Assembly (NCBI RefSeq): GCF_018977255.1
Contig: NW_024704743.1
Span: forward strand, 48,920,001 to 48,984,000
Direction: 5' to 3'
DNA: 64,000 nucleotides
Source: Callorhinchus milii
Lineage: Eukaryota
This document shows positions 13,803-27,659 of the stretch, piece after piece. Made by a program: the position numbers and the translations under genes. The notes under the pieces are model-generated. The model had not been told where the DNA came from and did no database searches. It saw only the letters and a list, made by a program, of their open reading frames with translations. The stretch's first letter is position 1, and every line of letters starts with the position of its first letter.

Positions 13803-14020
13803 TAGCATTGTCAGAAATGCCATCCGTCAGATGAGACTTTAATCCAAGGTCCCACCTGCCTGATCAGGTGGACGTTAAAGATCCTGTGGAACTATTTGAA
13901 AAGAGAGGGAGTTTCTTTCTGGCCAAGAATCTGACAAATAAAATTGGTTATCCACTTCATGGCTGTCATTTAAGACATTGTTGTGTACAATTTGGCTGCT
14001 GCATTTATTTGCCTCTAAGT
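13803..14020 (+). mobile_element. Deu-SINE fragment
   Basis: cagatgagactttaatccaagg...caggtggacgttaaagatcctgtgg...tttggctgctgc. Confidence 0.8.
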
Positions 14021-14049
14021 ACACAATCTCAAATACACGTAAGAGAATA

Positions 14050-14535
14050 TCTCAAACCACTTTATGGAGATGGAGTGGGAACCCGAGCAGGCCGAGAGAT
14101 AAGGGGATACATGAGGAATGGCTGAATCAAAGAGATGGGCTTTTAGACAGGTTTTGAAAGCAGAGAGGGAAAGAGTTCCAGGCAGTTCCCCTTATAACTG
14201 GTCTGTCAATGATAGGGCAGAGGAGGTGGGGGACATGAAGCAGGGCTAGGTTGGAGCAGACAAAATGTGTGTGTGTGGGGGTGGGGGAGGTTAGGGAAAC
14301 GTGGATATTACGTGTAGAGTTGGAGGAGCCCAGGTCACAACTGTGTTAAATAACAATGAAATCTAATTCCTGAGTCCCTCCTCTTCACCCCTCCCTGCCA
14401 ATTTTAAAGCCCGCCTGAAGACTTATCTCTTTGACTGTACTTTAATTCAACTTTCCCCCTCCCTCACTCACTCACTGTAGTTCTATCCTTTTCCCCAGCT
14501 CCTGACAAGAAAGGCACTATGTGAATGTAATTTAC
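14050..14535. mobile_element. Two L2 3' relics in opposite orientation (minus ~14050-14330, plus ~14370-14535)
   Basis: ggttttgaaagcagagagg...gagttcca and ttttaaagcccgcctgaagacttatctctttgac (FKARLKTYLFD). Confidence 0.65.
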
Positions 14536-15474
14536 AATAGAAACATACACCACAGGAGAAGGCCATTTGGCCCTTCAGATCTGTCCTGGCTCTTTTAAGA
14601 GCAATCTTTTCAGTTCCCATGACCTTACTCCTTTTTAATGTATTTGTGCAATTTCTTAATGTGGAATCCTGATCACCCACAGCAAATAATTTCCAGAAGT
14701 AGATTAATATGATTAATAATAATAATCCTCACATTTGGTATAGTGCCTTTCACATCAGGTTGTCCCAAAGTGCTTCACAGATATTGTGTGAAGGGTAAAG
14801 TGCAGTGATTATACTGACGTGAAAAGCGCTATATCAAATGCAAGGATTATTATTATTATAGTAGGTGAACACCTACAAATTAAGTTAGAGTGGAGTTGAT
14901 GCTGGTTGGGGTGATGTAAATCTTTGTACCTTTGTCATATGCTTTTGAATCCCAATTAAAGAATCCCATTAGAACCGAATGTAACAAAGTATTTTTGGAC
15001 TGACTCAAAATATTACATACCAAACTTATCCTTGCTAGGACAGCAGATCATCTTTCCACTGATTCAGAATAAAGCTCACAAACTTAACTACAAGGTAATC
15101 TATAAAGGTTTCCCTTATGTGCTCAGACTTGTCAGCACCATATCAAATACAAGGTTTGTTATAAATGGCATCCTACAATAAGTAGTCAAACAATGCATCA
15201 CATATGTAAGTTCATCTCGTCGGAATCCAAGTGCAAGATGCCACCTAGTCTTAGTCTCCACAACCACTTTGTCTTAAAGTTTAAGATTGCACAAAATCAT
15301 GGCGATTCTCAAGCTCATTTTTAATTTGAAGATGGTTTTCTTTCATTCTTAAAAAGTGCCAACTTTCAGATTAAGACTGAATTTGAGAATTTACTACAGT
15401 TTAGCAAAAGCTTCAGTGTTAAGTCAAAATTCTGCTACAGCCTAAGACCATGAGAACATTTGGGCCTACAAACA

Positions 15475-16032
15475 CCATACAACTGCATTTATATAGCGCC
15501 CTTCTCACGGGGCAGTGCCTCCCTCAGGAGCCTGACACCGAACCGGGGAGGGGGAGGAGGTGACCCTAAGCATGGTTGAAGACAAAGGCATTCAATCTTG
15601 ATATAAAAGAGGAGGGGGCAAGGCGGAGGGATCGAGGGAGAGTTCCAAAGCTTCAGGCGTAGTGGCTTAAACGTACGGCCACCAATGGTGGAATGGAAGG
15701 GACGAGGGACAAGCAGGATACCAGTGCCAGCTGAGCAGAAGCAGCAGGTAGTGGAGTGGGGAGAAAGCAGGTTGGAAAGTTAGAGAGGTATCAGGGCATG
15801 AAGGGATTTGTAGACGAGTGTGAGGATCTTGAAATCAATCTGTTCTGTGATACGAAACCAGTGGAGTCTGGTGAGTACTGGTGTGATGGGTGTGCAGAGT
15901 TCAGTGTGAATAAGTATTCGGGTGGCAGAGTTCTGAATCTGTTGTAATTTGTGGGTGGTGGAGCTGGGGAGACCGGCGAGGAGGACATTGGAATAGTGAA
16001 GGCAGGAGGTGACGAAGTTGTCGACTAGGGTT
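15475..16032 (-). mobile_element. L2 LINE 3' fragment with decayed ORF2 C-terminus
   Basis: LVDNFVTSCLHYSNVLLAGLP...KLQQIQNSATR...PITPVLTRLHWF...IDFKILTLVYKSLH matches the L2 ORF2 C-terminal motif; caactgcatttatatagcgcc tail. Confidence 0.93.
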
Positions 16033-18279
16033 TTAGCTGTATAATTATTTTCATTACTGCGTGTACATAGAAGCATGGGTGAGTGAGGTAGAGAGAGGAA
16101 CATCAGTTCTGTTATGATTATAACTATACCTGTACAAAATATGAGTAAAGCTTGAATAAGATCCTTGTGATCAGAGTCGTCTATGAATAGGAAACAAACT
16201 TAAGAGTATCATTACATTATTTAAGATTTAGCATTGTGAATGTCTGACACTGAGTGGATTATTTGCAAAGAATTTAGCCGTTCTGAGTAATTACTCAGAT
16301 ATGAACTAATTGTACTAAGATATGAAAAAAAATCACTTCCCCTCCCATACTAAGTATGAATACGGGGCTCCACAGAAACTATAGCTTTAATTAAAGGGGA
16401 TGAGTTGCGAGTTCTATAAAATGTGTGACAGGCGTTATACTTGATGTCATTTATTGTCGCACTAGCAGGCAGTGGAAGACAAGTTGGTTACTTCAGAAGA
16501 CAGCCTGACTTCTGACCCTAACAGCATCATCTCAGGGATACTTTATGACAGCAACCTGTGTTATCTAAAGAACGATTTAAAACCAGCTGGGCATATCTTC
16601 AGCTTTTATCTTTCGCTGACAGCATAGGTGATCTTTGACTCAAGACTTCCTTGTCTACTGTCCCCGGTAAGGTTTTTGTTTTCTTGGTGTCTATCCAACT
16701 GTCGGAAGCTGGGTTGTAGCTTGTGAAAAGATGTGGGGGGAGAAACAGCCTTTCAAAAACAATCACTTTTGATCTGTTGATTCTACTCTGCATGTCTGTA
16801 ATATAACAATGAAGGTGTATGTGTGGAAGAGCTTATTAATAGCAGTAGTGATGATGTCACGTATCATTGTCACCTGGTTTAAAAATATATAGGACATGAA
16901 CTCTTACAATAATAGAAACAAAGCCATCTCTGCCGCACTCTTTCCAAAGCAACTGAATGCACAACAGAAACTAATGAACTGGAGTTCTGCATTATATTCT
17001 GCCTCAGCTGTACAACATTCATCTTATATTATGTCCCTTATTTAATTTGCTGTCAAAGTGAGCAGTCAAGGTCTATGCTTTCAACTCTGTACAAACCGTA
17101 GAATATTGTCTTCGTATTGTTTCACCCCAGGGCCAACAACATCTAAGTAGAGTAAGAGGCGCCAGTGTCCCACCACAGCATAGTCCAGGCACGGAAAAAA
17201 ACCTTTAAATCAATTCTATGTTGTTCTTGCAGCACCTTGTGGCATCAGATGAAAGGATCATCTTCTGCCCTCACAAGTTCACCGGCCCCATCCCGTTCTC
17301 CCCAACCCACACATCATTGTTTTTCATGTAACATCAGTAACCTTTCACTATTCTGTGAAATTGATCTGATTCATTTCAGAGTTTAGAGTTGTTCAAAGAT
17401 TTATGTTCACATAGGTTAATTTCAATCTTTCTCAGACTGAACTATGGACGCCACAAATGTCACACAAATGGCATTTCATGGGAGGATGTCACTCAATCAT
17501 TTTAAGGCTGGGTGATCTTCATAATTTGAGAAATGGACATACTTATATTCTCAAATGTAATGCTTAAAATTATTATTATTATTAAAAAGGCAAAACTTAT
17601 AATTATTAGGTGCTTTCCCAGAGTAGAAGAAAAAGAATGCTTAAAAATATGTGTCATCATGTTTTGCAACTTAAAATAATAGGGAGTTATCAAGCTAGTT
17701 TACATGATACGAATGAAGACTTTGCAGCTCTGCGCTTCAATTAGGGTGGCAAGATGAGTCGTTACATCAGTGATGTAAATATGCTCATCTCAATCCTGGG
17801 ACTCCAGTCACTCTAAGACAGTTAGCACTGGTCAATAATAAGAATCCTTGCATTTGATACAACACCTTTCGTTTTGGGAGGATAGCTCAAAGCGCTTCAA
17901 AGGATTTAATACAATGCAATTTTACATTTATACAGCACCTTAAATGTCAGGAGGGTGTCTATGGTTTGCACCTTGAGCTGGGAAGGGTGGGCGGGGGAGG
18001 AAGATGGCTGAAAGCAGTCAAAGAGGAAAGACCTGAGGCAGACCTTGAATGAGGTTTGTAGTTCGTAATGGTTAGTGCAAGCAAATCTTCACACCGAACC
18101 TACTATAGAACATTGAATAGCTACTCGTTGACAGTGCCCCACCCCATAAAGGTCCACCATCTTAAATTTCCAGCCTCAAAGTGGGAACAACAACAACAAC
18201 AAAATTACATTTATAGAGCACCTTTCACATCGGGAGGATGTCCCAAGGGGCTGGGAAGTGAAAGTGTTTTGTTTTTNAG

Positions 18280-18930
18280 TCACAAGATCATAAGATTAGG
18301 TAGGAAGAAAAAGGCCCTCCAATCCATCCGATCTCCTCCTTCCAGAACATCCACTTACCAGCCTCCCATCACAGCATCAAGCTGCTTTTTAAATGAGTCC
18401 ATTGTGCTGGCCTCAACCACCCTTCCTGGAAACCTGTTCCAGTTGTGGATCACCCTCTGAGTAAACAAAAACTTCCTGATATCTGTCCTGAAATTACCCT
18501 TTAAGACTCTAAACCTGTGTCATCTTGCTCTCCTAAAGTATTGATCTAGGTTTACTTATTCAATTCAATTTAAATGTTTGTACATCTCTACGAGGTTCCC
18601 TCTGATTCATCTTCTCTCAAGAATGAAAAGCCTAGCTTGTATAGTCATTGCTCGTAGCTCCTTCTTCTGCAGCCGAATTAGGGAATCCTTGGGGATCAAC
18701 CTTATTGCTCTCCTCTGCATTGCCTCAAAGCCTGGCCATCTCCCTTGTGTTGTGATGACCAGAACTGCATACAATCTGACCTGAGCACTATACAGCTTGA
18801 ATATAAGTCTAGGGATCTAAACTCAACTGATATAGCAATATAGCCCAGCATCCTGTTTGGCTTGTTTGCTGCTGCATAACACTGTTTGACTTAGTGAGCA
18901 ATGAGCCAACTAACACCCCCCCTTCTTTCA
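18280..18930 (-). mobile_element. CR1 LINE 3' fragment
   Basis: cataagattaggtaggaagaaaaaggcc terminus, ctcaaccacccttcctggaaacctgttccagttgtggatcaccctctgagtaaacaaaaac, ccagaactgcatacaa. Confidence 0.85.
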
Positions 18931-19193
18931 GCTCTTTCAACTTACCCCTTGGCATTGTTTAATGCTTATTTAATGGGCAGTATATTCAGGTGTGCAGAGA
19001 ATATTGTGATTTCCCCAACCCAGATAATGGTATTTCATTATTGGGGTCGGGGTCTTCACTCACCTGATTATAAAATAGCATTTTCTGTTCAATTAGAAAT
19101 AAAGTATTCTTAACGCTTTTCCAGGGTCTCACATAAATGAGACTCCTTGCCTCTCTTGTCCTTCAGTAACTACTATAATCCATCAGGCTTTTA

Positions 19194-19505
19194 CATAGCT
19201 ATTGTTGACAGGATGTCACAGCAAAGAGATGATCATCAGTTTTGCGTTTTCTCACAAAGCACAGTCACTGCGTTTCACAATAAATCCTACCTTAAGACCT
19301 ATTGTTTCAACTGTACTTTTGGTCACTTTTCCTCCCATCCACCATTCTCAGCTCCACAGTGACATCAGCTCTGTTCTCTGCTCTTGCAGTAACATTCCTT
19401 TGGATTTCCACTTCCTTTCATATGCTCCTCTTCACTGGAAGATAGATTGACAGGGAGATCTGATGATCATCTCTTTGCAGTAACACTTTGTCAGCAACAG
19501 CTATG
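19194..19505. repeat. 46-bp inverted repeat pair (19194-19239 and 19460-19505)
   Basis: 39 of 46 positions Watson-Crick complementary, with the inner 19 bp perfect. Confidence 0.85.
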
Positions 19506-20364
19506 AAACATTAAAACTGGCATGACAGCTATTATTCAACCTTTCAACCTTCTCTGACAACACTTTCAAAGATTCAATGTTTTCTTCTCATCTGTTTATT
19601 TCATACATCTCCTTTTTGTCTGTCCAATACATTCCCAATTTTCCTGCAAAATCAAAAGATCCAACTTGGCATATAGTTATTTATGAAGCAGGATTGCTCA
19701 GACCAGACTATTGGCAGGAGTGCAGCTGAAATTATTTGGTCAGAAAAGATTCCACAGCTAAACATTTCATCTTCCTGTGAAGTTGCCATGAAGAGTATAA
19801 GGTTGCAATAAAATAAAAAGAACCTTTTCAAAAGCTGGGATGATGGAAAACATTTTGAGTGACATTCTGCTGGAGAATCTTCCCTCTCGACCAGTCCAGC
19901 CAGTATTCTCTCTTGATCTCTCTGTCCTATTCTGCCACTTACTTCAAACCTCACGTCGAGCCTTTGAACTCACAGCCTAGATTGATAATCCAATACAGTG
20001 CTGGTGGAGTGCTGGTTGTCAAGGTCCTGTTTTGCTTGTGTTGCTATTCTGGTGAGTAAATACTCAATACCAATACAAAATCCGATTATAGAGATATGAC
20101 TAAAAAAAATACTATTTAGTGACTAGTGCAAGATACAACCTAGCTTGTTTGGTTGGTCACTATACTTTTCTCACAATTCTTAATTTTATTTAGAACAAAA
20201 AATATTGAGCAGCTAATAATATTTTTTGCATTTGATGTAGCATCTTTCACATAAGGAGGACACTATAGCAAAGCGTTTCACAGAATACAATTTACATTAT
20301 CTAGAGCCTTTCAAGTCAGGAGGATGTCTTCACCATCACTGTAACTCAGGTAGTGACTGTGCAT

Positions 20365-20692
20365 ATAATAATAATACATAATAATAATCCTTGCATTTGA
20401 TATAGCACTTTTCACGTCGGGAGGACGTCCCAAAGCGCTTCACAGAACACACTGTAAAGTGAATTCACTGTATATTTGTGGGCGAACGCGGCAGCCAATT
20501 ACGCACAGCAATGTCCCACAAACAGTCGTAGGTTGAAAGTGACCAATTTATTATTGTTTTGGGTTTTTTGGAGGGATTATTATTAGGCGTGTGGAGTACG
20601 AAAACTTGCCCAAGGTTTCGCCCTGCCTGGAATTGAACTCAGGTCTCTCACTTGCAAAGCGAGTGCTTTAACCATTGAGCTACAGGACTCCA
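20365..20692 (-). mobile_element. tRNA-Ala-derived SINE, short form, full length, young
   Basis: A box (tagctcaatgg) and B box (gagttcaattcc) on the minus strand; highly similar to 41537-41850. Confidence 0.93.
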
Positions 20693-23357
20693 GCCACCAA
20701 TTTGCCCACAGCAATGTCCCACAAACAGCCAAAAAGTGAATAAAAATGTAATCTGGGGGATTGTTGGCCCACACCCTGGGAGAAACTCACTTCTCTTTTC
20801 AAATATTGTAGTGCCATGGGATTTGTAACGACCACCTCAAAAGGCAGACAGGGCCTCATGACATTATCATAAGACCTTAATCTCATGCTGCGTTAAGCAT
20901 TAATGTAAATCTTCGCAGTGTTAAACTGAAAGACGGCGTGGATGGGCAAGTTTTCCACACTCACTGTTAAACCTACAGGGGCTTAGATATAAAGTAAATC
21001 AGAATCAGACACATCCCTCTCAAAGACAAGTCCACTGGCACAACCAGGAACAAAAGAAGAGCATGCTCTGGCCTATGACTGCTGGCAATCGGCTGCCATC
21101 ATACAGTAAGAATGCCAGCAAAAAAGTATAGGTGAGGCTTTCTAGGACCAGAATTCTCCTCCCCCCTGTCCCCTCCACCCACCCACAAGGTTACTAGGAA
21201 TTGGATACTCCTCTTACCTAACACACAACTAGAAAGCAACTGTTGCATCTCACCTCAACTAGAATTGTTTTTAATATAAAAGAATAATATAAAATATCTA
21301 AGTTGTCAATGTGACTCCAGGCTAAGATAGAAGCGGCTTCCCTACCACCCAAGAAATAACAGCCCACATGCCACAGAAGAACATTTTTACCCTCCAAGTA
21401 ATGCGCACCTTTAGGTTTTCTTCAAATGATGAAGGCCGATGTGAACCCAAAGTGATCCACACTGAGGAAAACTGAGCTATTGTCAAAGATTATGAAATGG
21501 GCAGATTTGGGTAAAGTTAGGGCTTGGTTTGAATCTTCAGTAAAAATCTCATAGTGTTTTTAGAATAACACAACACTCCATGAGCCTGTTTTTAAAAATA
21601 AAGAAACCAAACACATTTCTATGACATATTTTTCCATTGGTAAGTTTTTCGCAAAATAAAAACAGTTTTCCTTATGTCCTGATTTAAAACAATATACATT
21701 ATATATTGTTTCCAATTACTAGATTATTATTTTGTCAATATTAACCATTTCTGCTAAAACTCATGTTCTCATAAATCTTTAGAAATACTGAGAAGTTTCC
21801 TATGAAACAACTCACTGGGTTGAGGACAATCATGTGTTACTGCAGATATTTATTAGCCAATAAATTAATCTTCATCTTTTAATCTTTCAATACTGATAAT
21901 GAATGTCTGAGAGTATCTTTCCAAAGTTAATGAGTCCCAGTCCCAGTCAAACTGAGTTCTGTTAATAATTTATTCACAAAGGGAGAGTATGCACCAGATG
22001 TTCCTCTATAGTAAATCAGAGTTCACACTGACTTGCTTTAGTTGTTTTTAACCTTACCGACTGACATCAGCCTAGCAGGCAAGGTTATTTATCCTCACTA
22101 CCCAGAACTTTAGGTTACTGAGAAAGGATGAAGTTTAGATCAAGGTGAAAACTGTTTTCATTAAAATACAGTTCCTTCATTTATATTTAAGACAAATTAA
22201 CTTCTAATTTCATGCAGCCCTAATGAATCAGTGTGTAATTACATTGTTTAAGTTGGTTTAACTGTGAAATGAAGTGTATCCTTCACAGAAGCTCACATCA
22301 GTAAGTTATACCTTTATTTCAGCTTGTGTAATTAATGAATATATTAACTGGTGTCCAATGAAACTACTTCATCTTCTTACATGCTCAAAACCTGTGCTGT
22401 CTTTCTGCTGAGATCCAGAGTGAGCCATCGCTGTCAGTGCAGATGGGTTGTTTATATTGTTTACATTGTTGGACAGCTTCCCAACTACAATTCTCTTTTA
22501 TCTGTGCAATTTTTATGCCCTCTGTTTAGGGTGAAGCACAAACCTTCTTCATCTGCAGGTTGTGTATTACAGTGTGCATGCATGTGCTGCAAGCTTAATT
22601 TTAGTAAAGACCGTGTTTTGAGTGAACAGCAAAACAATGTTGAGCATTGTCTATTAACTCAATGCTCTGCTTCTGGTCTATTTGTGGATGGATAGACGCA
22701 GCAGCTGATATGGAGAGATACCATGCTGACTGTGAAGGAGAGGAATGCATCACTCAGTACACTGGAATTTGAATCACATATCCATTGCTAGTTTATGGTC
22801 TCTGGATTAGCATCTGTATGAAATCTTCCCCAAGGAGAGTTGGAGTTTATATCAGTGATAATTCAGGACACATAATTCAGTCAGTTTACACTCAGCAAAC
22901 AGAGCTTGGATTTTGTCCATTTATAGAATGCAGACAGCCACTGTGTTTTGATTGTATGCAAATGATTTTTATACATCTGGCATCCCAACATTATCTGTCA
23001 AAGCACTCTGTAAATGTTTTATAACCAATTATATGATGCCTCGGTCTCTCTGGATTAACCCCTATGTCTAGCCCTCTGTCTTCCCTTATTTTTATCTACT
23101 TCTCCACATCGCCCCCTCTTTATCTATCTTTACTTCCCACTTTAAGACATATTTCTTCGACTACACCTATGCGTCATCCCCTCCCCCCCGGCTCAACGTC
23201 CAACCCCACCACTGTGAAGTGCTCCCAAATGAAGGGCATTATATGAACACAAGTTTTGTTGTTGCATGTTTCACCCACAAAATACTCAATCCACTTTACA
23301 GGAAATTATGTGAAGCGCTTTGGGACGTCCTCCTGATGCTTGATGTCTGACAGAATG

Positions 23358-24115
23358 TCTGTCAGACATCAAGTCCTGAATGAAAGCTAACTTTCTCCAG
23401 TTGAACGTCCTCCTGATTGGCTTCTGTCAGCGCCTCCACACCTCAGGTACTGGCAGCATCACCATCCATGGTTGCACATTCCCCCTTACTGAGCCAGTCC
23501 AGAACCTTGGGGTCTTGTTTGACCCTCAACGATCCTTTCTACCCAGCATCTGTGCCATGACCCACCTTCCCCCACCTCTGTAACATCGCCCAGCTCTGCC
23601 ATGCCTCACCCCTCAGGCCACGAAAACCCTCATCCACTCTTTTATCACATCCAGGCTCGATTATGCCAACTCCCTGCTTATCGACCTGCACAACTCTTCC
23701 CTCCACAAGCTGCAGATCATCCAGAACTCTGTAGCTCGTGCCCTCTCCCGCACCAGGCTCCGTGACCACATCACCCCCACCCTCGCCTAGCTCCACTGGC
23801 TCCCCATCCCTCAGAGGATAGAGTTAAAAATCCTCGTCCTTGCCTTCAAGACCCTCCATGGTCTTGCTCCTTCCTACCTTTGTGACCTGCTGACTCCATA
23901 TCAACCTGTTTGCTCTTTCAGCCTCTTTGGCCCACCCTTTGGAACTCCATCCAACAGTCCTTTTACCTTGTGCCTCCCTTGCCTCCTTCAAGGCATGTCT
24001 CAAGACCCTCCTCTTCAACTGCATCTTCAGCCACCCACCCCTACCCCACTACCCAATTCCCTGTATGGAGTGTTTTTCAATGAGCTAAAGCACTGTATCA
24101 AATAAAATTGTTGTT
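23358..24115 (+). mobile_element. L2 LINE 3' fragment, decayed ORF2
   Basis: SDIKS*MKANFLQLN, LGVLFDP, LIHSFITSRLDYANSLL, KLQIIQNSVAR, DHITPTLA*LHWLPIPQRIELKILVLAFKTLHGLAPSYLCDLL; ends ttgttgtt. Confidence 0.95.
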
Positions 24116-24539
24116 ACTTAAAACTGGCATGTGAAGTCAAGCTTCAAATAAACAAGGAAACTACTCTACCTGTATTGCTGTACAGAGAGGAAAATAAGCT
24201 CTTGCTTCTTCAGTTCTTCTGTGGAAGGTTGTACCTGAGTACTAGTACTAGTGATTTAAAGATGTGATTCACTGATGAGAATTTTAACCCTGTCTTATCG
24301 GGGAGAATATGATTTCAATGTGATTAGAACACCAGCTTTGTGTTGGATGTGCCCTCAATGTGTTGGAGGTGCAGTCACTGTGGAGTGCTCTGAGATGCTT
24401 TCCTGCGTGAAGGGCTCGATATAAATAAAAGTTGTTGTTCTGTTTTATCACTAGGAATCCTGTGCACTAAACAATCCCTAACATGAAAAAAACCCAATAT
24501 ATGCACATTTTCTCCTTCTTTATTGTTCAATTTATAACT

Positions 24540-24805
24540 TGTCCCTGCTTGTCCCTCGGCCTCTGATTCATTATCAGCGCAGTGCTTTCAAACACCACTC
24601 CCTAAAACTTTGACACTCTCTCTCTCAATTCCTGTGCCTTGTCCCCTCCTTCCCCCTTTTCAGATCATGCCTTAAGGCCTTCCACTTCACCTGTGGAATG
24701 CTAACCTTCTCCATCCCCCCAGCTCAGCATCAGGCTCCACCACGATGAAGCACTCAGAGACACTACCTTGCGTGAAGAGTGCTATATAAATGCAAGTTGT
24801 TGTTG
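24540..24805 (+). mobile_element. L2 3' relic with (GTT)n tail
   Basis: gcgtgaagagtgctatataaatgcaagttgttgttg. Confidence 0.75.
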
Positions 24806-25798
24806 TGGGTGATACTTCACAAGTAAAAAAGGACTATTCAATTTTTTTTCCACAAAATAAACTGTGGCCATTTTTCAGGGGGTTTCAGGGGTTATTTTTC
24901 ATGTCAAAAACAGGTGGAAATCAAGAGGAAAAAAATTTGAAGCAAAGAATATGAGTAATTTGGTTAAAATTGGTAAAAAAATCTGCCATTGATTTGCGTA
25001 TCCTTCCCATTTTTTAAAGGTCATCAGAGTACACTTTAAAAACTATTCTCAACACAACTTCAAAGAGCTCCTTCACTTTCAGATCAGTAGCAACAAACGC
25101 GGGTGAATTTGATGCCAAATAATGTTCTCAGACAATGAAGCCTGAAGTACTTAACATATGTACATCATGTGAGGCCATGTGTCCACTGTCACAGGCTTCA
25201 GAGATCACCAGTTCATGCCTCCCAGGGAAGCTGAAAAAGCTGGATAAAGTAGGAGAATTTCTTTTTTAGAGAATTTATTTTTAAACAATCACCTAGGTAT
25301 TTATGGTAAAAATCATTAAAAAGCTAACTTTGAAGATCACCTATAAGTGAAATATAGTTAAAATGGACATGGAACAATACATATAACCCCTTTCTATTAA
25401 TTACTGATAGTCACCGTTCCAGTCATCTGAAGTGGAGTTGGTGCTGGTTTGTGACAGGGTTTGTTCCCCATGCTACTAGTGTATATATCTGATCTGTGAA
25501 TCATACTATGACACACAGATGTGTAGGACATCTGAGTCAAGACTCACATCTGTACTGTATAGCTGCAATACTCTTTCATCGCCTCCTAAAAGCTGTTATT
25601 CTGCATTAACAATAAATAATTCCACATTCTCTTTGGGAAAACCAAAACTGCTGCACTTTTAGAAATTTATGAATTTATGGTAGTCACTTGATGTCTTCAG
25701 GCCTGGTTTTCAGATGTATCACTAAGAACTGTACTGAAGTTAATAGTAACCTGGAATAAGCCATGCCAAAGTTTCGTAGGTTGCTCCTGTTGTATTCC

Positions 25799-26129
25799 GT
25801 GGAGTCCTGTAGCTCAGTGGTTGGAGCACTTGCTTCGCAAATGAGAGACCTGGGTTTGATTCCTGGCAGGGCAAAACCTGAGGCAAGTTTCCTTACTCCA
25901 CACGGCTCTGTTTACTTTGCATAAGTCAGAATCCGGTTGTTAGTCAATTGGTGGATCGCTTTTCCGGGGGTAATAATTGCTTCAATTTAAAAAACTAACT
26001 AACTAAATAAATAAATAAATCTCAGCCGCAAAATACACAGCCACTTCACTTTACAGTATATTCTGTGAAGCGCTTTGAGACGTCTCAAAAATGTGATAAG
26101 GTGCTATATCAAATGCAAGGATTATTATT
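25799..26129 (+). mobile_element. tRNA-derived SINE, long form, internally deleted
   Basis: Head gtggagtcctgtagctcagtgg, CORE-like segment, ccggttgttagtc segment, (ATT)n tail. Confidence 0.88.
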
Positions 26130-26159
26130 TTTATACATTTAAAGATATATACCACATTG

Positions 26160-26355
26160 AGACTGGAACTCACATAGTCTAAACTGACACTCCATCGCAT
26201 GCTGAGGGTGTGTTCCCTTCTATCAGATGAGACGTTAAACTGAGGTCTGGTCTGCCGGTTCAGGTGGACGTTAAAGATCCCATGGCACTAAATGAAAAGA
26301 GAAAGGAGTGTCTCCTGGAGTCCTGAAATGCAAGGATTCTTATTTATTATATTAT
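26160..26355 (+). mobile_element. Deu-SINE 5'/core fragment with short tail
   Basis: cagatgagacgttaaactgaggtc...caggtggacgttaaagatcccatggcact. Confidence 0.85.
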
Positions 26356-26359
26356 ATCA

Positions 26360-26588
26360 AGAGAAATTTCCCCTGAGTTTAAATTTACTCTATTTATGTA
26401 ACTTTTCAGAGTATCCAGAGGTTGGTTGAACAAAACCTTAATTTTGAAGCCAGTTTCAGCAAGTTTCTTTTCAGAGACATAGAAAAATTATATCAAGGTT
26501 AAGACTAAATCTAACAACTTATTGAATTCTGGATGTTCTAAAATTCAGCAAAAAAAGAGTAAATCTAGATCCAGCTGGAAATTCTCCT
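26360..26588. mobile_element. Degenerate MITE related to 12450-12698
   Basis: aaatttactcta...ttcagagtatccagag versus ttctggatgttctaaaa...agagtaaatct. Confidence 0.55.
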
Positions 26589-27659
26589 TCACAGTTTATT
26601 TTTGAATTTATATTGGCAGCCAAAAAAATATGAAACATTTTTAAGAGAAAGCAGTCAATCTTTCTTTTAAAAAAACAATGTTAGTTTCCCTTACTACATG
26701 CAGTAAAGAAATGTCAAGTGTGATTGGATTTTAAGAGGCCAATGATTCTTTGGTGCAATAGTTAATCTTGTGATTAGCTGAAAATAGCTGCCATATATCG
26801 GTTACATTCCTTAACATTAAAATTTCATGAAGTTAGTCCATGCCTAATATGAGCTGCTAACACCTGCACTGGAGGCAGGGAGAAACCTTTTGGAAATCTG
26901 GTCCTTTGACATCTTTGATAGCAGCCATGCACCACACTCCAGACCTCCCCCTGCCCAAAACACGCAGTAAGGTTAGAAAGGCATAACGCCATATGGATCT
27001 GTTTGATACCTTATTTATGATGCCTTAGAATAGCACTTTTTTGATTTTGTTTCAAAGGGAAGCTATTTCAAATATAACATTTGAAAGATGGCTGAAGTAT
27101 GCCAACTGAAAATGATGCTTTCATTTTATCAAATTTGTAACACGTGTTGCTTTTACTCATATCTGAAAGGTTGGAATGATTCTACCATGTTCAGCCTGTG
27201 CTGGGGGGGGGGAGGGGTGGGTGGGAGGGGATGTGTGGAGGGGAGAGAACATGCGCAAAACTAGTTGAAAAGTGCAACTTTCATAATTGTTTTCAAATGT
27301 TTTCAAATATTGTTTTCGCCCACAAAATATACAGTCAATTCACTTTACAGTATATTCTGTGAAGCGCTTTGAGACGTCTCGAAGACATGATAAGGCGCTA
27401 TATCAAACGCAAGGATTATTATTATATAAATATCCTATCTTAGTTCTATTGCAAATTTTCTTGTCACTTCTTGTCATTGGATACATTTTAGAATTCCATA
27501 CTTACTCTGTAGAAATTGAACTTTTTTGGGTTGGTCTGACACAGGTGGAAGCCCATGCTTAAGCAAAATGGGTACAAATCACTAATTATCAGAAGTCTAT
27601 GGATAAAAAATAAGAAAGGAGAGATTGTCATGTTACACGTTACATGTTATATGTTAAAT

